This document shows, in pieces, positions 36,103 through 38,562 of a stretch of 38,562 nucleotides of DNA. The translations under genes were made by a program, and so were the position numbers. Source of the stretch: a virus (lineage: Duplodnaviria > Caudoviricetes); IMG/VR virus record IMGVR_UViG_3300016484_000727, positions 1 to 38,562 of that record; one strand, written 5' to 3'. Positions within the stretch are counted from its first letter, which is position 1; each line of letters opens with the position of its first letter. The notes below the pieces were generated by a model. The model saw only the letters and a program-made list of their open reading frames with translations. It did not search any database and was not told the DNA's origin.

Positions 36103-36898
36103 TATCAATGCAAAATGGACCGACGAAAAACGAGAGTGGTTCCTGCGTCTGATCGGTGAAGGATATACCACGCCGCAAATCGCTGGAATTATGGAACTCA
36201 GTACATCCAGTATCCGTAAGGCCCGCACGCGGTACGGCGTCCCGACGATTTACGGCCCACCAAAAAAACCGAAACCGCAGAAAACAACAAAGCCTCACGC
36301 CCCATGGCCAGATGAAGTCAATAAGCGCATGGTCGAACTTGCTCACCAAGGCATGACGGCGCAACAAATCGCAGTCACTATCAAAAAACCGAAGCGCACA
36401 ATCGCTAACAAATGCCGGACGCTTGGGATAAAATTAAACCCCGCACCAAAAGGGCGTGTCATATGGACGCCAGAGGAGATTGAGGCTGTCCGCGCGATGG
36501 TAGGTAATAATTATTCATCAGGCCGGATCGCGGGCACCATCGGTAAGACTAGAAACGCAGTGATTTCCTTGTGTCGCCGCAACAAAATAAAGTTTCAACC
36601 TCTACGGAACGTTCCACTAAGCATAGGGCGTAGGAATAAAATCGTTGAGAAACCTGACCTTCCAGATATTTGCATACCGGTTCAAATCTCCACCCCATCA
36701 GTCACCACGCCGTTTTACGCGCTTAAATCCGGGCAGTGTAAGTGGCCATTTGGTCATGCCGCATATGATATGGCCTGCTGTGGTGAACCAGTGTCGTCAC
36801 ACGGAAAACCCTATTGTGAGGCGCACAATCTAGCCGCCTATAATCCGCCACCACCTAAGGCGTTCATTCGTGGCGCTCACAGGGCCGCATATAGATAA
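36092..36898 (+). CDS. gcrA: GcrA-family regulator with three tandem N-terminal domains
   Basis: WT.E...G.S...IA...G.TRNAVI...R N-domain; L....CKWP.G...CG......PYC..H...AY C-domain; start moved to ATG 36092 (GGAGG upstream). Confidence 0.88.
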   Translation: MASNINAKWTDEKREWFLRLIGEGYTTPQIAGIMELSTSSIRKARTRYGVPTIYGPPKKPKPQKTTKPHAPWPDEVNKRMVELAHQGMTAQQIAVTIKKPKRTIANKCRTLGIKLNPAPKGRVIWTPEEIEAVRAMVGNNYSSGRIAGTIGKTRNAVISLCRRNKIKFQPLRNVPLSIGRRNKIVEKPDLPDICIPVQISTPSVTTPFYALKSGQCKWPFGHAAYDMACCGEPVSSHGKPYCEAHNLAAYNPPPPKAFIRGAHRAAYR

Positions 36899-36929
36899 AA
36901 AAACCCGCCACTGGATCAGCAATGGCGGG
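36897..36929 (-). terminator. intrinsic terminator for the leftward early operon
   Basis: CCCGCCA-N12-TGGCGGG followed by T7 on the minus strand. Confidence 0.75.
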
Positions 36930-36934
36930 CAGGC

Positions 36935-37105
36935 TCAGGCACAAATCGCGGAATGGAGTAACTTTAACAAGTGGTGCATAGACTTGACGTTCTTATCATA
37001 CACCGTTTTCTTTCCAGTATTATCCACTATCTCTAAAAGGATGTCAACTTCACCTTCTTTAAGAGCCTTTTCTATCGCTAGAGCAAGGGTTCTGGCGTCA
37101 GTCAT
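36935..37105 (-). CDS. 56-aa hypothetical protein
   Basis: Manual translation MTDARTLALAIEKALKEGEVDILLE...; ATGA overlap; ends just before the terminator. Confidence 0.6.
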   Translation of the reverse strand: MTDARTLALAIEKALKEGEVDILLEIVDNTGKKTVYDKNVKSMHHLLKLLHSAICA

Positions 37106-37413
37106 TCTTCACCGCCTTCGGCCTTGGCGATTGCTGATCGTGCCATGGCTAACCACACGCCCGGCTCACCCGGAACGTTCCAGGGACCACCATTGTGACC
37201 ATAATCTGCGACCGCTTTTTTCAACGCCGTCAGCATATCAGGTGCGGCTCGCTGAACGTACACCTTAGCTATAACCGCCCGCGCACGATCGACGGCCTTG
37301 TATACAGCCGCATACCAGTCAGGATCATCCATATGAATCGTCCCGATTGTATCAGCCGTTAGCACATCCAAGCATTCTTTGAGGGCGCCTAATAATTCTT
37401 CCTGTATGCTCAT
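37102..37413 (-). CDS. hypothetical protein with two ELL.AL...AR..IAK repeats
   Basis: ELLGALKE...RARAVIAK and DMLTALKK...MARSAIAK. Confidence 0.7.
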   Translation of the reverse strand: MSIQEELLGALKECLDVLTADTIGTIHMDDPDWYAAVYKAVDRARAVIAKVYVQRAAPDMLTALKKAVADYGHNGGPWNVPGEPGVWLAMARSAIAKAEGGEE

Positions 37414-38087
37414 TTTACTCTCCTATAAAAAACGTGACTTCCTATACGCGCCACAACCTTAGCACCATCAGCCCATCCTGGATGTAAGCGTTGCTCGTGG
37501 TAAAATAACGCCCCACCTGTTGGGTCCTTTATTTTTCCGGCGAAAACCGCCTGTGCAATCCTTACAGATCGTTGCCATTCGCGGCCACCATCGGTAAGAG
37601 CCTCACGTGTGATTTTTCTTAGGTTTTTATCCGACCCATTTAGGGCACTGAATTGTGCGTCATGAAACACCACATCCTCAACAGTATCCCCCCACCGACC
37701 AGCATCCAGGCGGTTCAGCGCCACGTGCATCACAGCCGCTTGGCCCCTATCCGATTCCCCCCGTGCTTCGCCATACCCTATAGCGGCAAGCAATCGTATC
37801 TCAGGGGCAAGTGTGGCGCGCTCATCCAGAACTTCGCCACGCTCAGCGAGTACCTTTCGCGCCCATTCCGCCTCATAATCAATAGACGGGTCAGCAGGGG
37901 CTATTACGGGGCCGCGTGGCGCGTCGTTCAGCCCCCGCCCCTGTACCATAGCAACCACTGATAAACCGGCTACAGCGGTTAAAAAACAGCCGTAAACCGC
38001 ACCTTTAAACCAGCCGGGTGTATCTGTGCCCGGCTGGGTATCGTCATAACCCCGCCCGCCTAGGTATAAATCCCTATAGTGCCCCAT
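37410..38087 (-). CDS. membrane-anchored cell wall hydrolase (SleB/Hydrolase_2 family)
   Basis: Y.EARGE...GQ.AV.HV.LNR, QFS, DPTGGALFYH, P.WA, IG.HVFY motifs; N-terminal TM; start moved to MGHYRD. Confidence 0.9.
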   Translation of the reverse strand: MGHYRDLYLGGRGYDDTQPGTDTPGWFKGAVYGCFLTAVAGLSVVAMVQGRGLNDAPRGPVIAPADPSIDYEAEWARKVLAERGEVLDERATLAPEIRLLAAIGYGEARGESDRGQAAVMHVALNRLDAGRWGDTVEDVVFHDAQFSALNGSDKNLRKITREALTDGGREWQRSVRIAQAVFAGKIKDPTGGALFYHEQRLHPGWADGAKVVARIGSHVFYRRVK

Positions 38088-38325
38088 GATCACCCCCAAG
38101 GTTTTCAGCCTGCGCTGCAAGGGCTTGGCGTTCTAGGAATTTTTTCGCAGGTCCGCCAAGGTTGTCATAAACAATGTTGCTAACAACCCCGTTACAGAGC
38201 GCACTTTCACACAATTCATACGCGCTCAGGGCTGTACACAGTTGCTCTAACTCACGATCAATCAAATGATCGTATGTGCTATCATAGAACCCCTCAAAAG
38301 GGATTGCCGTTTCAAGCGTGGTCAT
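38074..38325 (-). CDS. hypothetical early protein (IPF.GFY.S motif), possibly truncated
   Basis: 83 aa; AGGAG RBS within the repeated block. Confidence 0.65.
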   Translation of the reverse strand: MTTLETAIPFEGFYDSTYDHLIDRELEQLCTALSAYELCESALCNGVVSNIVYDNLGGPAKKFLERQALAAQAENLGGDHGAL

Positions 38326-38329
38326 TGTC

Positions 38330-38360
38330 TCATTCTCCTCTGAGTGTTATGTTACGCCAC
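38330..38360 (-). repeat. 31-bp intergenic/RBS block, second copy
   Basis: Identical to 998-1028. Confidence 0.9.
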
Positions 38361-38385
38361 TATTTGTCGGATCTTCGCGCGTGCT

Positions 38386-38562
38386 TCATCCAGTGCGCCC
38401 GGCAATATCTCTTGTCAGCTCTCCCTCAATTGTTACGCCTGCGCGCCCCACGGCATCGCGCAACACGTCGCCTAACTCATCGTCCGCTATGTCTTCACGA
38501 GCAAGGCAAGCCAGGCACGCGGCCAGCAATTCAGGTGCAGCAGCGATCAGGCGGGCGTTGGC
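38386..38562 (-). CDS. 3' part of the junction-spanning KHTPGPW/ANARLIAAAPELL protein
   Basis: In-frame continuation of 161->1 after collapsing the 20-nt overlap (318 nt, 105 aa plus stop). Confidence 0.85.
   Translation of the reverse strand, partial: ANARLIAAAPELLAACLACLAREDIADDELGDVLRDAVGRAGVTIEGELTRDIAGRTG
38543..38562. repeat. 20-nt terminal direct repeat, copy 2
   Basis: Identical to 1-20. Confidence 0.95.

Overview
The window is an apparently complete, circularly assembled ~38.5-kb podovirus-like phage genome. The 20 nt at each end are identical and an ORF reads in frame across the junction. The host is probably an alphaproteobacterium, judged from a GcrA homologue and a SleB-type hydrolase. 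Layout: leftward early genes (1495 through the junction to 36935); a ~1-kb non-coding control or terminus region (1500-2530); a rightward late operon (terS, terL, portal, scaffold, capsid, tail tubes, four internal virion proteins, tail fibre, M15 endolysin); a leftward recombination/accessory operon (YqaJ, RecT, ~20 small ORFs); and a rightward replication operon (Cro-like, SF2 helicase, VRR-NUC, TOPRIM-VirE primase-helicase, GcrA). I recognise no integrase, CI, DNA polymerase, RNA polymerase or reverse transcriptase. The standout feature is a 289-aa intein in the Walker A loop of TerL that has no in-frame homing endonuclease. Instead, an intact HTH-HNH endonuclease gene is encoded antisense, entirely inside the intein. 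It has its own near-consensus sigma70 promoter (TTGACA-17-TTTAAT) and GGAG RBS written into the intein codons. Other points of interest are a palindromic operator over the -35 boxes of three promoters, a GcrA with three N-terminal domains, a ~430-nt structured non-coding region, and repeated RBS/intergenic blocks among the early genes. All family assignments are by motif recognition, not database search.
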